From an uncultured Holophagales bacterium (GTDB taxonomy: Bacteria > Acidobacteriota > Thermoanaerobaculia > Multivoradales > UBA5704), in the NCBI GenBank assembly GCA_963842525.1, contig CAWJGT010000003.1, forward strand, positions 256,001 to 320,000: a stretch of DNA of 64,000 nucleotides, in the 5' to 3' direction. The translations under genes and the position numbers were made by a program. The notes beneath the pieces are model-generated. The model was not told the origin of the DNA. It was given only the letters and a program-made list of their open reading frames with translations, and did no database searches. Positions 38,081-50,552 of this stretch are shown here, one piece after another (the stretch's first letter is position 1; each line of letters opens with the position of its first letter).

Positions 38081-38656
38081 CTATCCGGCGCTCTCGTAGG
38101 CCTGCCGGATCCAGCCGATGAGCTCTGTGTCCACTTCGCCGGCGCCGGTGACCTTCACCTTGTACTGGCACATGCCGCCGGGAGGCAGGGCGGCCAGCCG
38201 GTCGGTGGCGGGGATCCCTTTCATGTTGAGGCCGACCTCGATCCGGTCCTTCGTCGCGGGCCCGATCATCGCGAACTGCTTCTTGCGGCGCAGGCTCACA
38301 TAGCCCTTCTTGGGCACGGTCTCGAAGGTGCCGAATTCCTCGATCGCCGCCATGAGCTTGTCGTGCGCGGCTCGGAGATGTGCTTTGTTGCCGGAGTAGA
38401 TTTCGCCGATGACATCGGCGGTTGAAGCGCCGCTGGCCTCCGCCGCGCTCTGGCCGTCCGAGCTCAGAGCAAGATGCGCCAGGGTGTTGGCGTCGCCATG
38501 CCCGAGCCCGAGCGTGCTCTTCAGCATGTCCCGGATCTCGCCGTGTTTGCTCAGGCCGCTCTGTGCGATGAGAGCGCGCAGCTCGTCGAGGCTCTTTCCC
38601 GTCTTGGCTTCGATGTTGCGGAGCTGGGTCTCCCGCGCTTTGTCCAGGCTGCTCAT
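38081..38656 (-). CDS. DUF4287/DUF5655 domain protein
   Basis: NIEAKTGKS, LGHGDAN, PKKGYVSLRRKKQFA, WIRQAY. Confidence 0.85.
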   Translation of the reverse strand: MSSLDKARETQLRNIEAKTGKSLDELRALIAQSGLSKHGEIRDMLKSTLGLGHGDANTLAHLALSSDGQSAAEASGASTADVIGEIYSGNKAHLRAAHDKLMAAIEEFGTFETVPKKGYVSLRRKKQFAMIGPATKDRIEVGLNMKGIPATDRLAALPPGGMCQYKVKVTGAGEVDTELIGWIRQAYESAG

Positions 38657-38777
38657 CGGCTCGCACCTCCCAGGGAGACTATATATAAGAGACCGCCGGG
38701 CCGCATGGATGGGACCGGCGGCCTGGGCCGCTCCCTTCACCGAACCCTGAAGGGTGCTGAGGTGGTACGATTTCCCT

Positions 38778-39038
38778 ATGACTCTGAAACTGAAGCTTCC
38801 GCAAGAGCTGGAGGAAGAGCTGAGCACCGAGGCTTCGAAGCTCGGCCTGCCTCTCCCCGAATACGCTCTCCGCGTGCTGTCAACCCGCCGGCCCCCCGCA
38901 GCGACACCGAAGACGGGCGCGGAGCTCGTGGCTTACTGGCGCGCCGAGGGATTGATCGGCACGCGGCCTGAGATCGGTGACAGCCTCGAGCACGCCCGCG
39001 CGCTACGCCGGAGCGCGGAAAAGAGGGTACGGACCTGA
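38778..39038 (+). CDS. putative antitoxin
   Basis: MTLKLKLPQELEEEL..EA...GL....YAL; directly upstream of a PIN gene. Confidence 0.8.
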   Translation: MTLKLKLPQELEEELSTEASKLGLPLPEYALRVLSTRRPPAATPKTGAELVAYWRAEGLIGTRPEIGDSLEHARALRRSAEKRVRT

Positions 39039-39041
39039 CCC

Positions 39042-39422
39042 GTGGTTCTTCTGGATACCGACATCCTCATCGACCTTCAACGCGGCTACGGCCCCGCTGT
39101 GGCTTGGTTTGACACGCTCGATGAGCCGCCGTCCGTCCCAGGCCTGGTCGTGATGGAGATGGTTCAGGACGCACAGAATTCAGAACAGGTCCGCAAGGCC
39201 CTCAAGCTTGTGGCGCCGTTGCCCGTCGTCTGGCCCACCGAGGCGGATTGCGCCCGCGCACTGTCCGATTTCACCGCCTTCCACCTCTCCCACAAGCTGG
39301 GTCTGCTGGACGCCCTGATCGCCGCCTGTGCGGTCGGCCGGGGCGCGACCCTGTGTACTTTCAACCGCAAGCACTACAAAGTCGTCCCCGGCCTGACAAT
39401 TGTTCCGCCGTACGAGAAGTAA
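39042..39422 (+). CDS. vapC: PIN domain (VapC) toxin
   Basis: LLDTDILID, DALIAACA, L.TFNRKHY. Confidence 0.92.
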   Translation: MVLLDTDILIDLQRGYGPAVAWFDTLDEPPSVPGLVVMEMVQDAQNSEQVRKALKLVAPLPVVWPTEADCARALSDFTAFHLSHKLGLLDALIAACAVGRGATLCTFNRKHYKVVPGLTIVPPYEK

Positions 39423-39428
39423 CCGCCC

Positions 39429-40283
39429 CTACCCCCGCGGCTTCCTTGCCCGCACGAAGGCGCTCATGAACTTGCCGTCGATCTCCGGGGCGACCGTGGC
39501 GGGGTCGAGGCCTGCGTCGGCGAGGAAGTCGCGGGCGTCTTCGATACGGTAGATCCGGGTCGGCTCGACCTCGATCTCTTCGAAACCGGCTTCGGCCAGC
39601 AGGGTGCGGTACTCCGACTCCTCCAGGGCGCCGGCGACGCAGCCGATCCACAGCTCCACGTTGCGGCGCAGGGTCTCCGGCACATCGCCGCGGACGACGA
39701 CGTCGGAGACGGCGAAGCGGCCGCCCGGCCGGAGGACGCGGAAGGCCTCGGCGAGGACCCGGCGCTTGTCGGCCGAAAGGTTGATGACGCAGTTGGAGAT
39801 GATCACGTCCACGGCGGCCTCGGGGAGCGGGATCGCCTCGATCTCCCCTTTCAGGAACTCGACGTTCTCGACGCCGGCCTTCCTCTGGTTCTCGCGCGCC
39901 AGATCGAGCATGTCGTCGGTCATGTCGAGGCCGTAGGCCTTGCCGGCCGGCCCGACCCGGCGCGCCGAAAGGAGCACGTCGATCCCTCCGCCCGAGCCGA
40001 GGTCGAGGACCACTTCGCCGGGCAGGAGCTCCGCGAGCATCGTCGGATTGCCACACCCCAGCGAAGCGAGCACAGCTTCGGCCGGAAGGACCGAGGTCTG
40101 CGCCTCGTCGTAGAGGTCCGACGTGATCGGGTCCTTCCCCGTGCCGCAGCTCCCGCAGCCGCAGGAGGAGACGGCGCCTTTCCGGGCGTTGCGCGCGGCC
40201 TCGCCGTATTTCGCCTGCACCGCATCGCGGAGCGCGGAGGGATCGAGGGTCTGGGTGGTCTGATCGGGGGTCTGGGTGTCCAT
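39429..40283 (-). CDS. arsM: arsenite S-adenosylmethionine methyltransferase
   Basis: [45 protein letters not shown]. Confidence 0.95.
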   Translation of the reverse strand: MDTQTPDQTTQTLDPSALRDAVQAKYGEAARNARKGAVSSCGCGSCGTGKDPITSDLYDEAQTSVLPAEAVLASLGCGNPTMLAELLPGEVVLDLGSGGGIDVLLSARRVGPAGKAYGLDMTDDMLDLARENQRKAGVENVEFLKGEIEAIPLPEAAVDVIISNCVINLSADKRRVLAEAFRVLRPGGRFAVSDVVVRGDVPETLRRNVELWIGCVAGALEESEYRTLLAEAGFEEIEVEPTRIYRIEDARDFLADAGLDPATVAPEIDGKFMSAFVRARKPRG

Positions 40284-40300
40284 GTTTGTTCCTTTCTTGG

Positions 40301-40317
40301 TTGTCAGTTGCAACTAC
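40301..40317. promoter_or_regulatory. candidate MarR operator upstream of arsM
   Basis: TTGTCAGTTGCAACTAC with palindrome AGTTGCAACT; near-identical copy at 40889-40905. Confidence 0.65.
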
Positions 40318-40338
40318 CTGGGCAAAAAAATTTGGCCC

Positions 40339-40866
40339 TCAGGGGATGCGGCAGCAGCTCCCGCCCCCGGTCTCGACGCGCGCTTCGGCGGCCCGGGCGA
40401 GCCGGGCGAGGAGCTGCGTCATGGCCCGGCGGATTTCGGGGTCGAAGCCGGCCAGGAGGCTCTTCTCCTCCTCCAGGATCGAATCCCGGATCGTTCTCTC
40501 CAGGGTCCGGCCCGCCTCGGTCGCCTCCAGGAACACGGCCCGGCGGTCGTCGGGATGGGGGGAGCGCGCCACATAGCCCTTGCGCTCCAGGGCGTCCACC
40601 ACCCGGCTGGCCGTGCTCTTGTCGAGGTACAAGTGCGCCGCGAGGTCGTTCAGCGTCATCCCGCCCCGCCGCACGAGCGCCTCCAGGCCGTAGCACTGGG
40701 TCACGGAGATGTCGTAGCAGCAGATCCGGTCGCGGTCGCGGAACTGGTAGACGCGGACCAAATCTGAGAGCGCGTCGTAGAGGCTCGCCGTGTCCCGCTC
40801 CAGCTCGGGGTCTTCCGTTTGCATCGGCAGGACCGGCAGGATCGGGAGGGCGGTCTTCGCTTCCAT
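40339..40866 (-). CDS. MarR family regulator with two vicinal Cys pairs
   Basis: RICCYDISVTQC, LDKSTASRVVDALERKGYV, DRRAV, C-terminal GSCC. Confidence 0.92.
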   Translation of the reverse strand: MEAKTALPILPVLPMQTEDPELERDTASLYDALSDLVRVYQFRDRDRICCYDISVTQCYGLEALVRRGGMTLNDLAAHLYLDKSTASRVVDALERKGYVARSPHPDDRRAVFLEATEAGRTLERTIRDSILEEEKSLLAGFDPEIRRAMTQLLARLARAAEARVETGGGSCCRIP

Positions 40867-40888
40867 GGAGAGAGCCTACACCAAACAG

Positions 40889-40905
40889 TTGGCAGTTGCA
40901 ACTAC
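40889..40905. promoter_or_regulatory. candidate MarR operator upstream of marR
   Basis: TTGGCAGTTGCAACTAC. Confidence 0.65.
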
Positions 40906-40964
40906 ATTCTGCTCTCGGCTTCGAAATAAGAGGCCGGAGAGGTTACGTTGTCGATTCCAACGCC

Positions 40965-43832
40965 ATGAAAAGACGCCTGATCTCCCCGCTGCTCCTCCTG
41001 CTCGTCCTGGCCGGCGCCTGCGCTCCGACCCAGGCCCCCAGAACCGCTCCGGCAGCCAACCCCGCCGCCGCCCTGTCGACCGATCTCGCAGCGGAGCTCC
41101 CGACCGATCCGGCCGTGAAGGTCGGCAAGCTCGAGAACGGGCTGACCTATTTCATCCGTAGGAACGCGGTGCCGGCGGACCGGGTCGAGCTGTACCTGGT
41201 GGTCAACGCCGGCTCGGTGCTGGAGGACGAGGACCAGCTCGGGCTGGCCCATTTCGTCGAGCACATGGCGTTCAACGGCACCGAGCGCTTTGCCAAGCAG
41301 GAGCTCGTGCAGTACCTCGAGTCGATCGGCATGCGCTTCGGGGCGGACGTCAACGCCTACACCAACTTCGACGAGACCGTCTATACGCTGACCGTGCCGA
41401 CCGACAAGCCGGAATTCGTCGAGAAGGGGCTCGAAATCCTGGAGGACTGGGCGCACGGCATCACCTTCGACCCGGCCGAGGTCGACAAGGAGCGGGGGGT
41501 GGTCGTCGAGGAGTGGCGGCTCGGCCGCGGAGCCCAGGCGCGCATGCAGGACGAGCAGTTCCCGATCCTGTTCCAGGGCTCGCGCTACGCCGAGCGGCTC
41601 CCCATCGGCAAGAAGGAGGTGCTGGAGACCGCTTCGGCCGAGACCCTACGGCGCTTCTACCGCGACTGGTACCGCCCGGACCTGATGGCGGTCGTCGCGG
41701 TGGGCGACATCGACCGGGTGCGGATGGAAGAGCTGATCCGCCAGCGCTTCGGCCATCTGCGCGGCCCCGGGAATCCGCGTCCGCGCGAGCTGTTCCCTGT
41801 CCCGGACCATGCCGAGACCCTGGTGGCCGTCACCACGGACCCCGAGGAGACGGACACGAAGATCAGCCTCTTCTCCAAGCAGCCGGTCCGGCCGCAGAAC
41901 AAGGTCGGCGACTATCGACGGATGATCGTCGAGGCCCTCTACCACGGCATGCTCACCGCCCGGCTGGACGAGATCGCCCGGCAGGCCGACCCGCCGTTCC
42001 TGTGGGCGGGGTCGAGCTCAGGCCTGTTCGTCCGGTCGAGCGAGGTGACCTTCCAGGATGCGGCGGTGCGGGAAGGCGAGGTCGAGCGCGGGCTCGCCGC
42101 ACTCCTGGCCGAGGTCGAGCGGGTGCGCCGGCACGGCTTCACCGCCACCGAGCTGGAGCGCGCCAAGGTGATCTGGCTGCGGGGCTACGAGCAGGCCGCG
42201 CAGCAGCAGGGCACGATCGCATCCCCCACCTTCGCGCAGGAGTACGTCCGCGTCTTCCTCGAAGACGAGTCCATGCCCGGCATCGCGGCGGAGCACGCGC
42301 TGACCCGGGCCCTCCTGCCCGGCATCGGCCTGCAGGAGCTCAACCACCTCGCCGACGAATGGCTCCAGGACCGCAACCGGGTGATCCTGGTCACTGCCCC
42401 CCGCAAGGAGGGGACGGCGGCGCCCACGCGGGAGGCCCTGCTCACCGTCTTCCGGTCCGTGAAGGAGAGCGAGATCACGCCCTTTGTGGACCGGGTCCAG
42501 GAGGGTCCCCTGGTCGCCAAGGTCCCCGCGCCTGGACGGATCGTCGAGGAGAAGAAGATCGAGGAGCTGGGAGTCACCGAGTGGCGGCTGTCGAACGGCG
42601 TGCGGGTGGTGCTGCGGCCGACCGACGTGGGGAAGGACCAGATCTTCCTCACCGCCTTCAGCCCCGGCGGCCACTCGCTGGTTTCGGACGCCGAGCTTCC
42701 GTCGGCCCTGTTCGCCGCCCCGGCGGTGAGCGAAGGCGGCGTGGGCAGCTTCGACGAGGTCATGCTGGAGAAGGCGCTCGCCGGCAAGGGCGTGCGGGTG
42801 GAGCCCTACATCACGCAGCTCGAGGAGGGGGTCCAGGGGGCCGCCTCGGGCCGCGACGTCGAGACCCTGTTCGAGCTCGTCTATCTGACCCTGACGGCGC
42901 CGCGGAAGGACGAGGACGCGTTCCGCTCCTTCCAAACCCTGCTCCACGCCGCCGTCCAGAACCGGCTGGCGCAGCCCGAGACGGTCTTCGGCGACAAGAT
43001 GACCGAGGCGCTCACGCAGCACCACCCGCGCTGGGAGCCGGTGAGCCCCGCATGGGTCGACCGTATCGACCTCGACACCGCCTACCGGATCTACCAGGAC
43101 CGCTTCGCCGACCTCGGGGATGCGACGTTCGTGATCGTCGGGAGCTTCACGACCGCCTCGATCAAGCCGCTGGTGCTGACCTGGCTGGGCAGCCTCCCCT
43201 CCAACGGCCGCCAGGAGACCTGGCGGGACGTGGGCATGCGGCCGCCCGGCGGGGTCGTGCGGGTGGACGTCGAGAAGGGGATCGAGCCCAAGGCCCAGGT
43301 GCGGATGGTCTTCACCGGCGACGCGCCCTTCACCCGGCAGGACCGGCACGACCTGAACGCGCTGGCGGCCGTCCTGGACACCCGGCTGCGCGAGGTGCTG
43401 CGCGAGGACATGGGCGCGGTCTACGGCGTCCAGGTGTCGGGCGACATCATCCGCCGGCCGCGCGAGCGCTATAACTTCAACGTCGGCTTCGGCTGCGCTC
43501 CGGAGAAGGTGGACGAGCTGGTGCAGGCCGTGTTCGCCGAGATCGACGCGATCCAGCGCAACGGAGTGGCGGAGAGCTATCTCCAGCAGGTCCGGGAGAC
43601 CGAGCGGCGGCAGCGCGAGCTCGACCTCCAGGACAACCAGTTCTGGCTCGGCATCCTCGAGCTGTACTACACCGAGGGGCTCGACCCCCGGGACATCCTG
43701 CGCTTCGACGACCTGGTGCAGACGGTCAGCTCGGACCGGGTGCGGGACACGGCCCGGCGCTACCTGACCACGGAGCGGTATGTGCTGGGGGTACTGAAGC
43801 CGGAGGGGGGCGCGGCCAAGGCGGCGAGCTGA
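40965..43832 (+). CDS. M16 (insulinase/PqqL-like) zinc protease, lipoprotein
   Basis: Lipobox LAGAC; GLAHFVEHMAFNG (HxxEH), NAYTNFDETVY, RLPIG, LREDMGAVY. Confidence 0.95.
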   Translation: MKRRLISPLLLLLVLAGACAPTQAPRTAPAANPAAALSTDLAAELPTDPAVKVGKLENGLTYFIRRNAVPADRVELYLVVNAGSVLEDEDQLGLAHFVEHMAFNGTERFAKQELVQYLESIGMRFGADVNAYTNFDETVYTLTVPTDKPEFVEKGLEILEDWAHGITFDPAEVDKERGVVVEEWRLGRGAQARMQDEQFPILFQGSRYAERLPIGKKEVLETASAETLRRFYRDWYRPDLMAVVAVGDIDRVRMEELIRQRFGHLRGPGNPRPRELFPVPDHAETLVAVTTDPEETDTKISLFSKQPVRPQNKVGDYRRMIVEALYHGMLTARLDEIARQADPPFLWAGSSSGLFVRSSEVTFQDAAVREGEVERGLAALLAEVERVRRHGFTATELERAKVIWLRGYEQAAQQQGTIASPTFAQEYVRVFLEDESMPGIAAEHALTRALLPGIGLQELNHLADEWLQDRNRVILVTAPRKEGTAAPTREALLTVFRSVKESEITPFVDRVQEGPLVAKVPAPGRIVEEKKIEELGVTEWRLSNGVRVVLRPTDVGKDQIFLTAFSPGGHSLVSDAELPSALFAAPAVSEGGVGSFDEVMLEKALAGKGVRVEPYITQLEEGVQGAASGRDVETLFELVYLTLTAPRKDEDAFRSFQTLLHAAVQNRLAQPETVFGDKMTEALTQHHPRWEPVSPAWVDRIDLDTAYRIYQDRFADLGDATFVIVGSFTTASIKPLVLTWLGSLPSNGRQETWRDVGMRPPGGVVRVDVEKGIEPKAQVRMVFTGDAPFTRQDRHDLNALAAVLDTRLREVLREDMGAVYGVQVSGDIIRRPRERYNFNVGFGCAPEKVDELVQAVFAEIDAIQRNGVAESYLQQVRETERRQRELDLQDNQFWLGILELYYTEGLDPRDILRFDDLVQTVSSDRVRDTARRYLTTERYVLGVLKPEGGAAKAAS

Positions 43833-43897
43833 CCTCACCCCCTGTCCCCCTCTCCCGGTCGGGGGGAGAGCATGGGAGAGGTGGACAGGGGGTGAGG
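43833..43897. repeat. REP-like element collapsed into a single hairpin
   Basis: CCTCACCCCCTGTCCCCCTCTCCC...GGGAGAGGTGGACAGGGGGTGAGG directly after the stop codon. Confidence 0.85.
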
Positions 43898-43970
43898 ACT
43901 GGGCGGGCGGGAAGCTTTTCTCCTCCAGGCCTGTTGTCCCCTCCGAGCTCGCTCACCGCCTTGCATTGAC

Positions 43971-43999
43971 TTGCGGCCGGGCGTTCCTCCCGCTATACT
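43971..43999 (+). promoter_or_regulatory. sigma70 promoter of the str operon
   Basis: TTGCGG-N17-TATACT. Confidence 0.6.
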
Positions 44000-44261
44000 C
44001 TGGCCTCCCGCTGCCTGCCATCGGGTTCGAGGCGATTGGTAGTTGACGCCGCTTCGTGTCTCAGTTAGTATCTGCGGGTTTCGCTGCCGAGGGTCCTGCC
44101 AGGGACCTGGGCAGGTTGTCTTCGTTCGGAAGACCAAGAACCCTGAACAAGATCGTTCGGGGCCGGAGCATGGGCCTTCCAAGCTCATCGAGGGATGGGC
44201 CGGGAGATCTGCCGCTCCGGAGCGGATATCGGAAAAACGGATCGACGGAGATCTGAGACGC

Positions 44262-44636
44262 ATGCCTACGATTCATCAATTGGTGCGCAAGGGCCGCGAG
44301 CGCGTGGTGGCGAAGACCAAGAGCCCCGCTCTGCAGAGCTCGCCACAGAAGCGCGGCGTCTGCGTGCGCGTCTATACCCAGACGCCCAAGAAGCCGAACT
44401 CGGCGCTGCGCAAGGTCGCCCGCGTGCGGCTGACCAACGGCATCGAGGTGACCACCTATATCCCGGGCGTCGGCCACAACCTGCAGGAGCACTCGATCGT
44501 GCTCATCCGCGGCGGCCGCGTGAAGGACCTCCCGGGGGTGCGCTATCACGTCATCCGCGGCACCCTGGACGCCGTGGGCGTGCAGGGGCGCAGGCAGGGA
44601 CGGTCGAAGTACGGCGCCAAGCGCCCGAAGAGCTGA
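44262..44636 (+). CDS. rpsL: 30S ribosomal protein S12
   Basis: [27 protein letters not shown]. Confidence 0.99.
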   Translation: MPTIHQLVRKGRERVVAKTKSPALQSSPQKRGVCVRVYTQTPKKPNSALRKVARVRLTNGIEVTTYIPGVGHNLQEHSIVLIRGGRVKDLPGVRYHVIRGTLDAVGVQGRRQGRSKYGAKRPKS

Positions 44637-44673
44637 TCCGCTGATCCGAAGACCCTGAGGAGACGAAGAAGTC

Positions 44674-45144
44674 ATGCCGAGGCGGAGAGAGATTCCCAAG
44701 CGCGAGATCCTGCCGGATCCGCTGTACAACTCGCAGCTTGTGACCAAGTTCGTGAACGTGGTCATGCGGGACGGCAAGAAGACGGTCGCCGAGCGGATCC
44801 TGTACGACGCGCTGGAGATGATCCGGCAGCGCACGAACGACGATCCGATGAAGGTGTTCAAGAAGGCGATCGAGAACGTCAAGCCGGCGGTCGAGGTCAA
44901 GTCGCGCCGCGTCGGCGGGTCGACCTACCAGGTCCCCGTCGAGGTGCGCCCGAGCCGCAAGCTGGCGCTCTCCATGCGCTGGATCATCGCGACGGCCCAG
45001 AGCCGCGGCGAGAAGACGATGCGCCAGCGCCTGGCCGGAGAGCTTTTGGACGCCGCAGAGAACCGCGGCGCCGCGATCAAGAAGAAGGAAGATACGCACC
45101 GAATGGCAGAGGCCAACAAGGCGTTCGCGCACTACCGCTGGTAG
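44674..45144 (+). CDS. rpsG: 30S ribosomal protein S7
   Basis: [24 protein letters not shown]. Confidence 0.99.
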   Translation: MPRRREIPKREILPDPLYNSQLVTKFVNVVMRDGKKTVAERILYDALEMIRQRTNDDPMKVFKKAIENVKPAVEVKSRRVGGSTYQVPVEVRPSRKLALSMRWIIATAQSRGEKTMRQRLAGELLDAAENRGAAIKKKEDTHRMAEANKAFAHYRW

Positions 45145-45297
45145 GCGCGAATCGCGCTACGCTCCCCGAGCCGTGGCCCCGTGATCCAGGTAACCGGATC
45201 TCGCAGGGCCCGCCGGCCTCCAGCCCTCATTGCGTCGACGATTTCGAGCTTCAGAACCAGGTTAGTCAGGACGGAAGAGAGAGAAGACGGTCGCACC

Positions 45298-47385
45298 ATG
45301 GCTAGGCAAGTACCTCTGAACGACACCCGTAATATCGGGATCATGGCGCACATCGACGCCGGTAAGACGACGACGACGGAGCGCATCCTCTTCTACACCG
45401 GTGTGAACTACAAGATCGGTGAGGTGCACGAGGGGACCGCCACCATGGACTGGATGGTGCAGGAGCAGGAGCGCGGCATCACGATCACCTCCGCCGCCAC
45501 GACCTGTTTCTGGACCCATGATGAGACCAACCACCGGATCAACATCATCGACACGCCCGGTCACGTGGATTTCACCGCCGAGGTCGAGCGGTCGCTGCGC
45601 GTCCTCGACGGTGCGGTCGCCGTCTTCGACTCGGTCGCCGGCGTCGAGCCGCAGTCCGAGACGGTCTGGCGCCAGGCCGACCGCTATCGCGTGCCGCGCA
45701 TCGCCTTCGTCAACAAGATGGACCGCGTCGGCGCCGACTTCGACCGCACGGTCTCGATGATGCGCACGCGTCTCGCCGCCAACCCCGTGGTGATCCAGCT
45801 CCCCTGGGGCAAGGAGGACACCTTCAAGGGGATCATCGACCTGGTCGAGATGAAGGGGATCTACTACAAGGACGAGACCCTGGGCGCCGACTACGAGGTG
45901 ACCGAGATCCCCGAGGAGTACCTCGACCGCGCCCACAAGATGCGCGAGCAGATGGTCGAGTCGATCTCGGAGACCGACGACCAGCTCCTCGAGAAGTACC
46001 TGTCGGGCGAGGAGGTCACCAACGACGAGCTCAAGGCGGCGCTGCGCCGGGCGACGATCGCCAACCAGGCGCAGCCGGTGATCTGCGGCAGCGCCTTCAA
46101 GAACAAGGGCGTCCAGCCGCTGCTCGACGCGGTCGTCGACTACCTGCCGTCGCCGCTCGACATCCCGCCGATGGAGGGGACCGACCTCTCGGGCGAGAAG
46201 AAGGTGGTCCGCAGCTCGTCGGACGAGGAGCCGTTCTCCGGCCTGGTCTTCAAGATCATGAGCGACCCGTACGTCGGCCAGCTCGTGTTCTTCCGCGTCT
46301 ATTCGGGCCATATCGAGTCGGGCTCCGCGGTGATGAACGCCAAGCGGGGCAGCAACGAGCGCATCGGCCGGCTCTTGAAGATGCACGCCAACAAGCGCGA
46401 GGAGATCTCGGAGGTCTGGGCGGGCGACATCGCGGCGGCGGTGGGTTTGAGGAACGTCACCACCGGCGACACGATCTGCAACCCCAAGAACCCGGTGATC
46501 CTGGAAGCGATGAGCTTCCCCGAGCCGGTGATCGCGGTGTCGATCGAGCCCAAGACCAAGGCCGACCAGGAGAAGCTCGGCCTCGCTCTCGCCAAGCTGA
46601 TGCAGGAGGACCCGACGTTCCGCGTCCACACGGACAAGGACACGGGCCAGACCCTGATCTCCGGCATGGGCGAGCTGCACCTCGAGATCATCACCGACCG
46701 CCTGGTGCGCGAGTTCAACGTCGGCGCCAACATCGGCCGGCCGCAGGTGGCCTACAAGGAGACCCTCACCGCCGAGGCCGAGGGCGAGGGCCGCTTCATC
46801 CGCCAGACCGGCGGCCGCGGCCAGTACGGCCACGCCAAGATCCGGGTGCGTCCAACCGCCGAGGCCGACTATGTGTTCAACAACAAGATCATCGGCGGCT
46901 CGATCCCCAAGGAGTACATCAAGCCGATCGATCAGGGCATCCACGAGGCGATGGAGACCGGTCCGCTCGCCGGCTATCCGATGACCGGCGTCGAGATCGA
47001 GCTCTACGACGGCAGCTATCACGACGTCGACTCGTCGGAGATCGCGTTCAAGATCGCCGGCTCCATGGCCTTCCAGGACGCCTGCAAGCGGGCCCGCCCG
47101 GTGCTCATGGAGCCCATCATGGCGGTGGAGATCACCACGCCCGAGGACTACATGGGCGAGGTCATCGGCGACATCACGTCGCGCCGCGGCCGGGTGCAGA
47201 GCATGGAGGCGCGCGGCAACGCGCAGGTGATCACCTGCAAGGTGCCGCTGTCCGAGATGTTCGGCTATGCCACGGACCTGCGGTCTCTGACCCAGGGCCG
47301 GGCCAACTACAGCATGCAGTTCGCGGCCTATGAGCAGGCCCCCAAGAACGTCGAGACCGAGGTCGTGGCCAAAGCGGCAGGGTAA
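45298..47385 (+). CDS. fusA: elongation factor G
   Basis: [27 protein letters not shown]. Confidence 0.99.
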   Translation: MARQVPLNDTRNIGIMAHIDAGKTTTTERILFYTGVNYKIGEVHEGTATMDWMVQEQERGITITSAATTCFWTHDETNHRINIIDTPGHVDFTAEVERSLRVLDGAVAVFDSVAGVEPQSETVWRQADRYRVPRIAFVNKMDRVGADFDRTVSMMRTRLAANPVVIQLPWGKEDTFKGIIDLVEMKGIYYKDETLGADYEVTEIPEEYLDRAHKMREQMVESISETDDQLLEKYLSGEEVTNDELKAALRRATIANQAQPVICGSAFKNKGVQPLLDAVVDYLPSPLDIPPMEGTDLSGEKKVVRSSSDEEPFSGLVFKIMSDPYVGQLVFFRVYSGHIESGSAVMNAKRGSNERIGRLLKMHANKREEISEVWAGDIAAAVGLRNVTTGDTICNPKNPVILEAMSFPEPVIAVSIEPKTKADQEKLGLALAKLMQEDPTFRVHTDKDTGQTLISGMGELHLEIITDRLVREFNVGANIGRPQVAYKETLTAEAEGEGRFIRQTGGRGQYGHAKIRVRPTAEADYVFNNKIIGGSIPKEYIKPIDQGIHEAMETGPLAGYPMTGVEIELYDGSYHDVDSSEIAFKIAGSMAFQDACKRARPVLMEPIMAVEITTPEDYMGEVIGDITSRRGRVQSMEARGNAQVITCKVPLSEMFGYATDLRSLTQGRANYSMQFAAYEQAPKNVETEVVAKAAG

Positions 47386-47438
47386 AACCGGCCGGATAAA
47401 ACTGCGGGCCAAAGATTCATTCGAGCGAGGAGAGAGTC

Positions 47439-48632
<1,194 letters not shown>

Positions 48633-48641
48633 GGGACAGCC

Positions 48642-48959
<318 letters not shown>

Positions 48960-48969
48960 GGCCGACGAG

Positions 48970-49608
48970 GTGTCAGTGATGGAAGGCATCCTGGGACAGA
49001 AGCTGGGCATGACCCAGATCTATGCGGAGGACGGGACGGTGGTCCCGGTCACCGTGATCAAGGCGGGGCCCTGCCTGGTCGTGCAGAAGAAGACGATCGC
49101 GATCGACGGCTACGATGCCGTGCAGATCGGCCTGGTGGAGGACCGTCCGCCGAAGAAGGTGAACCAGCCCCTCGGCGGGCACTTCAAGAAGGTCGGGGTT
49201 CCCCCGGTGCGCCGGCTGGCGGAGCTCCCGCTGTCCGACGGCGAGGAGATCAACCCCGGAGACGAGATCAAGGCCTCGATCTTCGCCGAGAAGGACTTCG
49301 TCGACGTCGTGGGGACGAGCAAGGGCAAGGGCTACCAGGGCGTGGTCAAGCGCCACGGCTTTGCCGGCGGCCGGGCCAGCCATGGCTCGATGTTCCACCG
49401 GGCGCCCGGCTCGATCGGCTCGTCGGCCTACCCGTCGCGGGTCTTCCCCGGCATGCGTGCCGGCGGCCGCATGGGCGGCGAGCGGGTGACGGTGAAGAAC
49501 CTGCAGATCGTCAAGATCGACGCCGAGCGCAACCTGATCTATGTGCGGGGCGCCGTGCCCGGTCCGAAGAGCGGTTACCTGACCATTCAGCGGGCCAAGC
49601 GGGGCTGA
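48970..49608 (+). CDS. rplC: 50S ribosomal protein L3
   Basis: [22 protein letters not shown]. Confidence 0.99.
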   Translation: MSVMEGILGQKLGMTQIYAEDGTVVPVTVIKAGPCLVVQKKTIAIDGYDAVQIGLVEDRPPKKVNQPLGGHFKKVGVPPVRRLAELPLSDGEEINPGDEIKASIFAEKDFVDVVGTSKGKGYQGVVKRHGFAGGRASHGSMFHRAPGSIGSSAYPSRVFPGMRAGGRMGGERVTVKNLQIVKIDAERNLIYVRGAVPGPKSGYLTIQRAKRG

Positions 49609-49637
49609 GCGCACAGCGCGGTGAGGACAACCCAGTT

Positions 49638-50261
49638 ATGAAGATCGCAGTCAAGAATTTTGACAACCAGCAGGTGCGCGAGGTCGAGGTGCCGGATGCG
49701 GTGTTCGCCTATCCGTACAACGAGCACCTGATCCACGAGGCGGTCGAGGCCTACCGCGCCGGGCTGCGCGCCGGCACGCACAAGACCAAGACGCGCTCCG
49801 AGGTCTCCGGCTCGGGCAGGAAGCTCTGGCGCCAGAAGGGGACCGGCCGTGCCCGCACCGGCGACATCCGCAACCCGAAGTGGCGCAAGGGCGGCACGGT
49901 GCACGGTCCGGTGCCGCACAGCCACGAGAAGCACCTGTCGGTGCGCGAGAAGAAGAACGCTTTGAAATCGGCGCTGTCGCGCAAGGCGGCCGACGCTCAG
50001 ATCGTGGTCCTCGAGACCATGGACCTGGACGGCCACCGCACCAAGGACCTCGTGCAGCGGCTGGGCGGGCTGGGCATCGCCGGCAAGGCGCTGCTGATCG
50101 ACAGCCAAGACAACCGGAACCTGTCGCTCGCGGCGCGCAACGTGCCGGGCCTGAAAACGGTCGACGCGCTGGGGGTCAACGTCTACGACGTGGTCCACCG
50201 CGGGGTTCTCGTGGTCAGCGAGGGCGCGCTCAACCGGCTGGTGGAGGTGCTGGCGAAATGA
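49638..50261 (+). CDS. rplD: 50S ribosomal protein L4
   Basis: TKTRSEVSG, RQKGTGRAR. Confidence 0.99.
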   Translation: MKIAVKNFDNQQVREVEVPDAVFAYPYNEHLIHEAVEAYRAGLRAGTHKTKTRSEVSGSGRKLWRQKGTGRARTGDIRNPKWRKGGTVHGPVPHSHEKHLSVREKKNALKSALSRKAADAQIVVLETMDLDGHRTKDLVQRLGGLGIAGKALLIDSQDNRNLSLAARNVPGLKTVDALGVNVYDVVHRGVLVVSEGALNRLVEVLAK

Positions 50262-50548
50262 AGATCCAGGAGATCATCCGCCGCCCGCTGATCACCGAGA
50301 AGTCGACGGAGCAGCGCGAGGACAAGAACATCATCGCCTTCGAGGTGCACCGCGACGCCAACAAGATCGAGGTGAAGCGCGCCGTCGAGACCCAGTTCAA
50401 GGTCAAGGTCGCCGAGGTCCGCATCGCCAACGTGCACGGCAAGGTGCGCCGCCAGGGGCGGTACTCCGGCCGGCGTCCGGACTGGAAGAAGGCCTACGTC
50501 CGTCTGGTCGAGGGCGAGAAGCAGATCGAGTTCTTCGAGGGGATGTAA
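50258..50548 (+). CDS. rplW: 50S ribosomal protein L23
   Basis: [24 protein letters not shown]. Confidence 0.98.
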   Translation: MKIQEIIRRPLITEKSTEQREDKNIIAFEVHRDANKIEVKRAVETQFKVKVAEVRIANVHGKVRRQGRYSGRRPDWKKAYVRLVEGEKQIEFFEGM

Positions 50549-50552
50549 GACG

